Assembly (NCBI GenBank): GCA_036172245.1
Contig: JAYWIR010000001.1
Location: 6,014,001-6,078,000 of the forward strand
Length of the DNA stretch: 64,000 nucleotides
Origin: Raillietiella orientalis
Taxonomy: Eukaryota
Reading direction: 5' to 3'
In this document: piece after piece, positions 39,201 through 50,693 of the stretch
Layout of the letters: every line of letters starts with the position of its first letter
Numbering within the stretch: position 1 is the stretch's first letter
Made by a program: the position numbers and the translations under genes
The notes under the pieces: model-generated
Databases searched by the model: none
What the model was told of the DNA's origin: nothing
Seen by the model: the letters and a program-made list of their open reading frames with translations, nothing else

Positions 39201-41636
39201 CGTTGTTAGCCACGCACTCGTACGTCCCCTTCTCCTCCAGGGAGACAGACGGGATTAAGTAGGCGAAGTCGCGATCGCTGGTGCCCAGGAACTGGCCGTT
39301 GCGCGTCCAGTGGACGTTGCTGGTGGGAGGGCTCGAGTCCACGTGACAGTCCAGACGCGCCCTGCTGCCCACCTCCACCCGGAGCGGGTTGTCGGGTCCC
39401 ACCCTCACCCTCGGGTAATCTAGGTGCCTCAGGCGTGTCAGAGGGGGGCCGTCCTCGCCCCGGGCTACTCACAGTCCACGTGCACCACAACGGACGTGTC
39501 CAGGGTGTCACCTTCCTTCAACGCCCTATTCCAGACCGCGCACCTGTACTCCTGGTCGTCATCATCCTTGTTTGGGGTCAGGGTGAGGACTGACTTGGAC
39601 TCCAGGTCCTTGCGGCCTCCGGGCTGATACACGGCGTTCAGAGGATGAGCGGAGCCCTTCCGGTACCACCTGCCGTGGGACATCACCAAGTGTTAGATGG
39701 GGCGGCGCGAATGTCTCTTTTCATGGCATTTTTTTTCTTTTTCCCCCCTCTCCCCCTCCCTCTTCGGACCCAGCAAGGCACAAGGGGTCCCTTGTCCATG
39801 GGACTTCTTGTGGGCGTGCACTCATGGGCTGCAGAATGCTCCAACGCAATCTGCACGCGTGCATGCGCACGCATCTGTACGACTGCGTGCTTTCATCTTT
39901 TCCCACACGCGCGCATTCGTTCGTGTGCTCGCGTGGACACGCGAAGCGCTCTTCACGCACGCGGAGCTTGTACGCAGAGCTTGCGCGTGTTTTTGGCGCT
40001 TGCGTGCTTGTCCTGTGCACACTGCGCGCACGCTGATGTCCTGCTGCTGCACGAGCATCCGGTGCGGCATCGCATCTCGTCCGCAGGAACGGCATCCTCC
40101 TCCTCCTCCTCTTTGCCTGCAGAAGCGCGTGTCTTTCTTTACTCGCTAGACCCCCTCCCCCCCGCGTGCGTGTGCACTCTTGCATTACCCATTGTATACT
40201 CGCGTGTGTGCCGCGCGAACTCACGGTTGTAAGCAACAAGGCGCAGAACGCACGCGTCACACCACACGCGCGCGCACTAGTTTGCTTGCCAACGGTGTCT
40301 GGACCACCACCGCACGCTACGCTGCTGCGCGAGCAGGCTGCGTAGTGTGCGCGAGTTCGCATACACTTCTTCTTACGAGTGCAAACGTGTTGGTGTGCAT
40401 AAATAAAGCAGATATGCACACACGTGTTGGTGCAGATTTCCATGTGCAGCAGCAAACGTCCCGGCTTTGTCCCGGAACGTGAAAAAGAAGTCTCAAAGAC
40501 GCCCCCACGCACTGCGCACCCGCGGACGGCCGGCGGGAGGGAGGGGGAAGGTGGACTCACTTGATCTCCGGGTCGGGACTGCCTCCCTTGCTGGAGCACG
40601 TGAGCTCCACGGGTCTGCCCTCGACGCTGCGGACGAGCCCCGGGGTGATCAGGGGAGGTCCGGGATCAGACAGGATGGTCAGTTGGAAGGACTTGGCGAA
40701 GAACTCCTCCCCAGTGCCGTTCTCCTTCAGCTTGCACTCAAAGCGGCCGTTGTCCCTGGAGTAAGTCGCCCCCCTGATGTGCAGGTTGTATACTCCTCGG
40801 GAGAAGTTGTGCCGGATGCTGAGGATGAAAAGACAAGGTGGCGGGCTCGGGAAGAGCATTCCTCCTCCCCGTCCCATCCCCGCTGGGCGCGGGGGAGGGG
40901 CCGTCCTTGCCTGTATCTCTTGTCGAAGGGGATGTCGAAGAGGACGACGTTGTCGGACCCCGCGCGGTTGGAGCGAATCCAATAGGCGCTGTAGTTCTTC
41001 AGGTCGGGGTCGAAGTGGCATTCCAGGACAGCGTCTTCGCCCTCCCGGACGTCGATCGCGTCCTCGGACGACGACGCTAGCCAGCAGCCCGCGAGGACCA
41101 CGGCGGCGAGAAGATCTGGCGGAGGAGGAGGAGGGACGGTAGAAAGAGAACCGGCAACCAACCAGGACCTCCTCCCTCCTTCCAGCCCCCCTCCCATGTG
41201 GGACAAGAGCCCGGTCGCAGCCAGCCCGAGGCGACCGCCGCCGCGCAGGTTGCGGCCCTTCCTCGTCCCGAGGACTAGGAGTCGTCGCCGGCGCCCCCGC
41301 AGGGGTTGTTTCTCGGTTGTCGTCGTCCGTCCCTCGACGCCGTCCGGGGCCGGGGGGAGGGGAAGGGGCAGAGCCCACCCGCCTTTCTCTTCGTCCCGAG
41401 ACGCGCGCGCCACCGCCGCAACCACCTGCGGCGTCTCCCGCGGGCAGGTCGGATTTCCGGGGCAAAGGAACAAACAAACCCCTGCAACGGTGCAGCCGCC
41501 GCCCTGCTCCAGTGAAAGGGGGAGGAGGAGGGTGAGAGGGGAAGATGAGCCGAAGCGACCGTCGCTGACCGGGGGAAAGGCGACCTCGTATGCAGCCGGA
41601 AGCGACCCCTGCAGAGGTGCTCAGCATCGTCGTCAT
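36253..41636 (-). CDS. ed: Echinoid-like Ig-superfamily cell adhesion receptor (7 Ig, 2 FN3, TM, PDZ-binding tail), ~1170 aa
   Basis: Exons (minus): 41636-41570 (tentative), 41115-40911, 40818-40561, 39669-39473, 39419-38271, 38212-37704, 37645-37294, 37220-37058, 37001-36850, 36792-36520, 36437-36253; phases consistent. Signal-like LLAAVVLAGCWLASS; seven Ig domains with C..W..C / D.G.Y.C; two FN3 (W..GFDGG..; Y.FKVKALN.RG); TM YLVVIVVVGLALLLLLLSVFAY; C-terminus RVIREIIV*, matching the Echinoid EIIV motif. Confidence 0.9.
39840..40460. repeat. Degenerate alternating purine-pyrimidine (CACG/GTGC-rich) low-complexity tract inside an echinoid intron
   Basis: Dense GCACGCGTGC, CACACGCGCG and GTGTGTGC words inside intron 39670-40560. 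Confidence 0.55.
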
Positions 41637-44600
41637 CAAGCAGCGCAGCGGCACCCGGGTTGTCCCGCGGGTGACTGTTTTTCTCCCTGCCGGGACGGGA
41701 GGAGGGACGCCACTGCCTTCCCGCTGGAGGGGGAGGAGCCCGCGGCGCCACCACCCAATGGGAGGAGGACGCTCCCCTCCCTCCCTCCTCGGGCGGTTGA
41801 CTGCCGACTAGTCCTTTGTCTTTGGAGCGCCCTCCGCGCGCAGCTGGCTTCCAAGAAGCCTCCGCGCCCCGGCAACGGACGGATCCCGGAGAAGCTGCCG
41901 TAGCCGATGAGATCAGCGCGCGCGAAGAACAGCCGAAAAAAGAAAAAAAGAGGGGGCGGGGAGAGGGAGGGAAGGGAAGGGGAGGGGGGAACCTCCGCGC
42001 CCCCGGCGAGGGTCTCCGCGAGGGCGCACCTTCGGGCTGGCAGGACGGACGCACCCCGGCAGCAGCGTTCGTCCCGCCCGCTCGCTGCTGAGCGTGCTGA
42101 CGGCTCGTAGCCGCGGGCTGCCGCGAGCCGTCTGCCTCTTCCCGGAGGGAACGCGAAAAAAAGAAAGAAAAAACCCGCGCGCGTCTTAGCAGAGAAGGAG
42201 TACTCCTTCCCCCCCTTCCCTGCACGCGCAGGGCCGCGAGCTTGTCGCCGTTATCCGTTCGCCCCGAAGGCAGCGGCTGAGCGTTCGCGGAGCCGCGAGA
42301 CGCCGCCGCCGCCGAGAGCTCTCCAGCGACCCGCGGGCGGCCGCCGTGTGCGCCTCAGGCGACTGCCGCTGCGGTCTTCAGGTGTGCACCGAGAAGCTGC
42401 GCAAGCTGCAGCCAAAGGGGGAGGAGGGAAAGGACAGGAGGGAGGGGAAGAAAATCCACCGTTGGTCGGGCAACCGACCAACTGGAAAAGAGGGGGGGAG
42501 GTGCTGCTCCAAGTGGCAGGGGAGCGGCTCAGAGAGCGGGGAGGCTACGCTCACTCCACCGCCTCGGACTCGGTCGCGACGGGAGGATGGGAGGAGGAGG
42601 AGCAGCAGCATCGCCTGCGGCGGCAGGCCGCTGACCTGACCTTTGCCGCCGCCGCCGGAGCCACGGAGGGGAGGAAAGAAGACGCACGCCGAGGTTTTGG
42701 AGAAGGCAGCTGCTTCGGGCTACCGTGACGACCGGTATGCTCGGCGACCCACCGGCTGGGGAAAGAAAGGAGCCGAGGGGGAGAGCGGCGTTGCTGCCAT
42801 CGGGGTCGCCCTTCCTGAACCTCCTGGTTGCTATTGCACAGCCTCTGCAGCGGCCAGGATCGTCCCGCGCACGCCCTCCCATTGTTTTTCCGCATCCCTG
42901 TGCGCTGCTCCCAGGGAGGTGGCGGTCTCCCTGGGAGCTCTCCCTTCTTTTTGTTCCCGTTCTCTCCCCCCTACACTCTCCCCGAAGGAGGTCTCCCGGC
43001 CGCCGGGAAGCTCGAGCTCGCGCGCCCGACATCGTCGGAGGGAAAACCCGGCACGACCCACGGAGGAACGGCAAGGAGCAACCCCCATGGGGACGAACGT
43101 CAAGGCAGTGGGCGAGCTGGGAGGTTCCGCTCGGAAGCGAGCGAGGACGTCTCCTTTCGAACGCATGCCATGGGGAACGGCCGTCCGCTCTGGGAGGTGC
43201 CGGCATCGGCCAGAGTCCACCGGGCACCGCCCGTCGCCTCTCTCGAGACGCCAACCCAGTCCCTCTTCTCCACCCTTTCGTCCTCAGCTCTTTCCTTCCC
43301 CTCGAAGTGCCATCGCGAGCGACGGCGGCGGCGGAGGACCAGCGATCCCTCGCAGACACCTGCGCACGCTTCCGGGAGTCGCGTGCGCAAAAAAGAAAGC
43401 GAGAAAAAGAAGATGGAAACCCTGCGTTTCGTTCGACAGATCCCCAGGCGCACGAGCGCAGCGATCCGTCTCGAGCGCTCCGTGCGCACAGCCAACAACT
43501 GCGGTTGCCCGGCGACCCGAAGCCGCGGCGGGCACCCGCTCCTCGAGGGTCGCGCGTACGGAGCGATCCGTCCTCGAATGTGCCGTGTGCACAACGACCA
43601 ACAATGCGGATTTCGTAGGACCCGGGCGCGCCGCGTGCAGAACGCGCTCGCCAAAGCTCAAAGAAGCAGGAGATAGGCAGTCAGACCCAAGCTCCTCGGA
43701 CGCGGGAGCACGTCCCTCCATGCCATTCGGGGTCTCCCAAGTTCTCGTCCCGACCTCCGTCGGCAGGCCAAAGGCCGGCGCAGATAGTCCTCCCCCCCTT
43801 ATTCCTCATCCTGCCCGGGAAAGATGGGTGCCGGAAGTACTCCAAACAGCCCCTGCACCGTCAAGCCGTCGTCGTCGCGAACGTTCTCCCTCCCTCCATC
43901 TTTCGGATGGGGGTGGAAGTACTGAGGGCGGCAGCGGGGAGTCGGTCGACCGCTGGCTGTCCCTTCCCGCCCCTCCCTCGCCCCAGTCGCCGCCGTGCCA
44001 TGGGAGCCAGCCGCACGAGGGAAAGACTCACCTCCTAGCGCCATGCTCACGAGCATCCGGCAGACGGCAGGCACGAAACCCGTGGCCGGGGAGTGGCGAG
44101 ACCTGTGGCGGCGGCGGCCCATCTTCTTGGGAACTTACGCCCCGGGACAGGGGCCACCGAGGTGGGTCGAACGCACTCGGGAGGGGGCAGGCGGGTCGGG
44201 TCGGCTGCTGCAGAGGGAGCCTCTCCCGGACGGGTGCCCTTCGAGGGCGAGGAGAAGGGAGGGAGGGGGGGGGGATCGATCGAGTGGGCCTGCGCGCGAG
44301 CTGCTGGCTCTTCCTCCTCCTCCGGAGGCGGCGGCGGCTGTGCTCCCGCTGGCTTCTGCTGGGTCGGCTGGTCAGTCACCCGCCGCTACGCGAACTGCCG
44401 TCGCCGCCGCCGCCGCGGACGACCCGCGCGCGCGCGCCCGAGAGCGTCGCGCCCCGAGGGCACGGACGCCGCCGCACCTGGAGACGACGCGCGGAGGAGA
44501 GCGGAGCGGAGGTCGCCGACGCCGCGCCGCCCGCGGGCGCCGACAATGACGAGGCGCCGCTGCCGCGCCCCCGGAGGATCGGAGCGACGTGGCGGCGCTC

Positions 44601-47600
44601 GACAGCGGTGGTCGCGACCCCCCCTGCCCACGTCGCCCCGGAGGTCATCGAGGAAGGAGCCGCCGGCGTGGCGATCCCGGCGGAGAGGATGGCCAGGGCC
44701 TCCTCAGGGGATCCGGGGAGGTCCGTGGGGAGGGAGGGGGGGACCGGCGCGAGGGACCGTCGGGTAGGAGAAAGTTGACTTCCCTCGCCCCGGGAGCTAA
44801 TCGCTCCGGGGAGCGGTCTCGAGGGGTCTGAAGTTTCTGAAGGAGGGGGCTGGACGGGCCGAGGGTCAAGAGAAACTACCCCTACCCTTTTGACTTCCAT
44901 TCCCCCCCCCCCCGGTGCTCCTGCGTAGCAGCAGCCGCCGCCAGCAGTCCAACGGCAACCGGGAGGGGGGAGAAGGAAGGAGGAAGAAGAAGGGAAAAAA
45001 CACAGCGAGAGGGGGGGGGGAGCGCGCAGGAAGCGCGTCGCGCGCGCGAGCGAGACAAAGGACCGCCCGAGGGCCCTGCGCGACGGCAACCCCTGCGCGA
45101 GCTCTCCGCGCACTCGGGCGCGCGCGTTACCCCCGAGCCTGACCTTCGCCGCCGCGTTCGCTCGCCCGCAGCTACGCGCTCACCTCGCTGCCCGTCTTAC
45201 CCGCCGTCGCCGCCGTAGTCATGGCAACGGATTGAGCGCGATCTCCGCCGTCGCTCGAACAAGTGGACGGGGGATTTCTCAGGGTCGCAGAACGCCGACC
45301 CACCTCCAGTGCGTTCCTCCCGGTCACCGCTCAGAGTAGAGGGCCGTTTTCCTCCTCCCTTCCTCCGAAGGGGCGGTGCAGGAGGGAAGCGAGGGGATGA
45401 CGGCCTTTTCCCCACGGGGCACGCGCCAAGTACCGTCGTGCCCGCCTCCCGGCTGGAAGAGGAAGGTGCGGACACCCCGGCAACGTGGGCCCTTCTCAGG
45501 TCGTGCGATGCCGGTCGGCCGCTCTCTCCTCCGCCTCGCCCGTTCGCCCCGAGGCTCCCGAAGGCTGCCCCTCCTCTCCCCGCTGGCGCGGGACGCCCTG
45601 GGGGCAGGTCGGCTTTCCTCCCTCTCCCCTTGGAGAGAGGGGGGAATAGGGGAAGGGGTGTGGCCGCGCGGGAGGGCGGGGGCTCCCGAGAGGGGCCGAG
45701 GCGGACGGAAGCCTCCGGGGACGCGCGCGCCTCTCTTCCCGAGGAACCGCCTAGCCCAAGGCAGCGCCGGGAGCGCTCCGTCGGGGGGTGGGGAGGACAG
45801 GGGGAAGCGGGGGCGGCGGTGCCGTAATTGGGCGAGGGTCGGGGAATGAGACGTCGCTCATCGGAAGTGTCAACAAACGGTGAGGGGGCCGGCAGCCGCG
45901 GGGGCGCGCCCCGCGGGGCTCGAAGCCTCCTGGCGACCGGACCGGCCGTAAATCACCGCGCGCGCCGAAAGAGAGCGCATCCTATCAGCCCCCATCCGCA
46001 CGGCGCGCGCGAGCGAACGAGCGTTCATTCGTTGTCAGCGAAACGAGGCAGGGGCGGACGGGTTCTCGAGTCCTCCTCCTCCTCCCCCCACACGGCGTAC
46101 GCACACTTTGTTTTGGCAAGGCAGAAGGAGCGAACGCGCGTGAGCTTTGCGCAGGCCGTCTGGAGCGCCTCGCGACGGAGCGAAGCCCACCATCTCGCGG
46201 CCGTGGCCTCAAGTTCGGCCCCGGCCTGCCTAGGGTCGGGTTTGCTCCCCGCCTCGATCGGCTGGCGCGTCGAGCTCTCCTCAGAGCGGTTTTCTCCGGT
46301 TTGAAATTACGTCAGTCGCGCGTGCGGGCCGAAGGGCTTTTTCCAGGAAAAGTGCGTGCGCGTGACGTCTCGGCGCTGCGCGCGCCGCCACCTCGTACGG
46401 CTCGCGCGCGCCCATGCGGTGTGACTGTGGATGCTCGGGCATACGTATTGTATGTGCTCTTTATGTTTTCAGCACGATCCATCCGGATGATATATATGTA
46501 TGTATGTATATCTCTCAGTATTTATATGCATATAAATACTGAGGGAGGTAAGAATATCCGGCGGTTATGTCTGTCTGCCGTGCGTCAACATGTCGCCTGT
46601 CGTCGTGATGCGAGGGAACGACGCTAGATGGTGTTGCTTTCCTTCGTGAAGAATCGCGCGCGCCGCCTTTGCCAATGGGCTGAAGAGGGAATTTTTACCG
46701 CCTTGTAGAAAAGATAGCATGGATCCGGAGGCGACCCTGTTACTGCGAGAAATAAAAGGGGGAGCTGAAAGGGAGGAGGGGAGACGGAGGGGGGTCGAGG
46801 CGCACTCTGGGAGGAGGCACTCGGGAGGCGACGAGAGACGCGGACCAGCGGCTCCGCCACAGTACGCGGCTGCCCTCCACACGCCGGGTCCTTGCGCACG
46901 CCTCGGCTGATGCTCCGCGAACGGCCATCTCGATCTCAAGTCGCCCTGCCCTCCTTTCCGCACGCGCACCCTCCCGAGGAAGGGCGGCCTGCCCGCTCCT
47001 TCCTGGCGTCTCCTGCGACTGCTCTCCGGGAGGCGGAGGCTCGTCGGACCTGCACCATCCACACTCTCGAGAAACTCCCTTGGCACGGTAGAGGCCGGAC
47101 GGTCCCGGCTTCCGCCGGCGGAAGATCAGGGATCGATCGGACGTGCAGGCGGGCACCCTCTGCGTGGCACCCGCCGGGTGAGCTGCCACGCCACGCGGGA
47201 CCGCGGTGGCTGCCCGCCTTCGCACCCTCCTCCTGCTGGAGAGTAGCTCCGGGCGAGGGTCGCGGTCGAAAGTGGGGTTCGCCCCCGTGACTTCACGGGA
47301 GAGGGAGTGGCTCTCTCTCTCGCCGGAGCTCAGCGCCTCTCGCGGCGGCGACGAGAGCCACCATCAGGTGCGGCCTCGAAGGTCTCTGGTGGCGGCGACC
47401 TGCTCGGCAGCCGCTCACCCTTCGTTCCCTTCCCTGCGCGCGCGTCTCCAGGAGTGTCCCGGACGAAACGCGACGCTCCTCAGACTGCTCTACCGCCACT
47501 TCCCGCTGCAGTCAGCGTCGAGACACGTAGCAACAGCGGCGGCGCCGACGGATGGGGGGGCAGGGATGGGGGGGGTTACTCGGCGGCGGCGGCGGCGGCG

Positions 47601-48679
47601 GCGGCAGCAGTTCGGATTCGTGGCGCCCGGCTCGGGCTGGAAACGGCCGCGCGGCAACGTCGCACTGCTTTCTACCCGGCGACGGAGACACACGCTCGCT
47701 CGTAAGGCCGCCCCTCTCTCTGTCTCCGGACCCGCGCGCCGCATGGAGAAAGGGTGTGTGTGTGTGGGGGGGGGGAGAGCCAACAGTGCACCCCGTTCGC
47801 AGCAATGCGAGTGGGTAGCGAGCGCAGCGCCGCGGACGGGCTGCTCGCTCGCCGCTGCGGCGCGCGGGGCGGGGAGGCGTTCGAAGAAAAAAGCCGCACG
47901 AGACGGGGAAAAGCGCTGTCGCTGCTGAACGCGCCGATCCCCCCCCCCCCCCATCTTCCCCTCCGCACGGCTCGCCCCCTGCGGACTCAGCAGGAAGGTT
48001 CCGCGGAGTGCTGCTGCCGCCGAAGGCAGGGCGCGCGGGCCGGAGAGAGCTGCGACAGGGAAAGGGGAAGCGGCGGCGCCGATCCGCTCTGCTCCCCGTG
48101 TCGGGTGGCAGCTCGGCGGCCCGCGAGAACGGGCAGCGTCAGCGGGTTCCTCGGAGGCCGACTGGATGCCTTCCGCGCGAGACACCACGTCCGTCCCTTC
48201 CATCTGAAAAGAGACGGAAGAGAGAGAGGGAGAGAGAGAATCACCCTGGTCGAAAGAAGCCTTGGAGCCGATCTTCCCAGGGGTTTCGAATTCACGAAGG
48301 CGTGGGCTGTGGGCACGTGCGGACCGACTCTGCAGAGGAGCGGGAGGCGCGAAAGGAGCTCGACCTGCCCACCACCATCCATCCATCCACCTGGCTGACA
48401 CCGACACGCGGTCAGAATCAACGCTGTTGTCATCGAATCATCCGTTGCGCCCCCAAGGATCGCCCACTCGCATCCATGTCGACCCAACTTGCATTCTCGC
48501 TTGGTTTCCCGCGGTTTCGTCGCGCGCGCATCGGCACGCGACGAAACCGACCGGAAAAGAGAGAGAGAGAGAGAAAGAAAAAAAAGAGGAAGAAGAGGAG
48601 AGCGAAGGAGGAACATCCGGGGAACCCCTTCGCCAGGAAACGCGAGGTTGGGAAGTTGGCGCGTCCGGTGCGGGTGGAA

Positions 48680-49860
48680 CCTCGTCGCGACGAAGATGGA
48701 CCGATTACCTCGCGCTCCCCGTCTGCAGCGTCAACCGGTTCTGCAGCCGAAGAGAACCGCCTGCCATTCTGAGACTCGGGGCGAATAGCAAGCGAAGCTT
48801 ACAGGCCGCCGCCGAAGGATGAGCTTCGCTTGAGGACGGGATCGAAGCAGCCCGAAGGAGCAGCGCCCGGATGCTGGGGACGACGCCGGTGATTCCCACG
48901 CGAAAACGGGAGCTGCCGTCCCGCGGGATACCCCCGCGAATAGGGGAACGCAACTGCAAGAGCCAAGAGAGGCGCAGCGAGTGCCCCCGGAGACCGAGGC
49001 CCGGGCTGCCTGGTTTCCCTCGGACGGAGCGCGAAGGTCACGTGAGGCGCTCCAGCAAAGCCTCGACCAGCTCGCTTTCTGCCTGCGGCCGCAGAGATGA
49101 TATGTAGCTGACTGACACTTCCGCGGCGGGGTGCGTCCTCCAACTCAACATGCGGCTTTCCGTCCCCAGTGGGTTGCGTCCACCGTAGGGACCGGATCTC
49201 GCTCATGCGGATGGTCAACAGCAGAGACCCAGATTTCGAGAAAGTCCCAGGACCGACGTCAACAAGAGCTTTTGCACTTTTCCCTCGAATCTAGAACGGA
49301 AAAGATCTATCCGACTTTTTTACTTTTCGACATCCCAGCAAAAAGTGACCGCGTCCAGCGAGAGCCGTCGGCCAGCTCAGATGCCGCGAAGCGGATGCGG
49401 GAAAGAAGATGGAAGAGGAAACGGCTGCGCAGCGGAGGAGCGTGGCCTCGCAGTCAGCGTCGGGACCACCCCGGCTATCGTGCAGGGACACGTCCTGGTT
49501 CCGTTTTCAGCAACACCGACTGCGACGACGCGCAGTTCTCGGCACAAATCCCAGCCTTCTCGGAGGGCAGTCACCCATTTCCCAAAAGAATGCCTGGACG
49601 TACACTTGAAGATGGCAGAGTCGTTGGCGTCGGAAGAACCGAACCGTCCTCGCCAACGGCACACTTCCCCGGAAACTCAGGTTGCATGCTGGCTCCTCCG
49701 GTGGAACAGAAAGATCCAGAAAGACATTCCGAGAAACCATGGATACCCGTTTCGTCACACGAGGTGACCGAGAAGCGGCTCCCACTCTCTGCGGAGGTGA
49801 CACGCAACGAGACGCTCCCTACCCCAAGCACCATCTCAAACTTTTTTCTCCGAGATCGGA
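48680..49860 (+). mobile_element. Decayed RTE-like RT relic at the edge of the GC-rich domain
   Basis: VIPTRKRE (~IIPI.KKG); ORF 49131-49865 has QHAAFRP (~QAGFRP), FDIPAKSDRVQR (~D..KAFD.V.R), GTRPGSVFS (~GVRQG.VLS), LEDG (~YADD). Confidence 0.55.
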
Positions 49861-50693
49861 GATAATCATACTATATGTCGGCGAGACTTACATATACTAC
49901 ATATAAGACTTGTTATATACAACACTGTACTATCTCGAATCTTTGAAAAACTCCTTGCGTGGCAGCCAGGCTAGGGGGAGGCAAGAGCAATTTTTCCACC
50001 TTACTGTGCCAACTCTCGCCATGTCCAACGGGTGTGCATCTGAGATCCCCACTTTTTCGTGAGTCCTCCGAGTCCGGGTGTTGGTAACCCTAACAATGGG
50101 CCACAAACGCTTCACCCACGAACACCATCTGGTAATCGGTTTGTCTCGTTTTCCCCATCGGCAACCAACACGGTAACTTTGCCCGACCATCGTTGCCAGC
50201 TTGGGCTCACACCGCCTATTCGTGCCTCCATTCACAAAATGGCATCGTCAAAGAACGTAATGGTGACTGCTTGGCGTGCGAAGCAACACGGAACGGTGGA
50301 TGGGCAATGCGACATTCACTCATTTCAGCAAGCAGTGACATGACCCTCATCAAGAGGTGGAAAACGATCGAAATTACAGGTTTTCCCACCACTGACATTG
50401 GCATACATCCGGGCATATGCTAACAGGAAGCAGGACCGTGTCCCAAATGCATCCTTTCCAACATCAATGTCAATCGCCCTGCCTTGGAATGAGCACCTGT
50501 GAAACCTTCAGTACGAAACACCGAGAAATAATAATGACAAGATGATATATATATTTATCAATTTTGGGTGGCTTAAGTTTGTCCCTTAATCCATGTTAAT
50601 GATTTTCCACTAATGCTCTCCAGATCATGATTTGGTTCTAAAAATGGATGCATCCAAAAAGCTTAAAAGTCCTTGATTAAAATGCAGAACGTA

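Noticed and set aside
36086..39258. Long plus-strand ORFs (313, 236, 230, 225 aa)
   Set aside because: Antisense shadows of the GC3-rich echinoid exons.
42643..44778. 711-aa ORF and many overlapping 150-370 aa ORFs in 41-49 kb
   Set aside because: Arg/Pro/Gly/Ala-rich, open on several frames and strands, with no domain motifs. This is expected from stop-codon scarcity in very GC-rich DNA.
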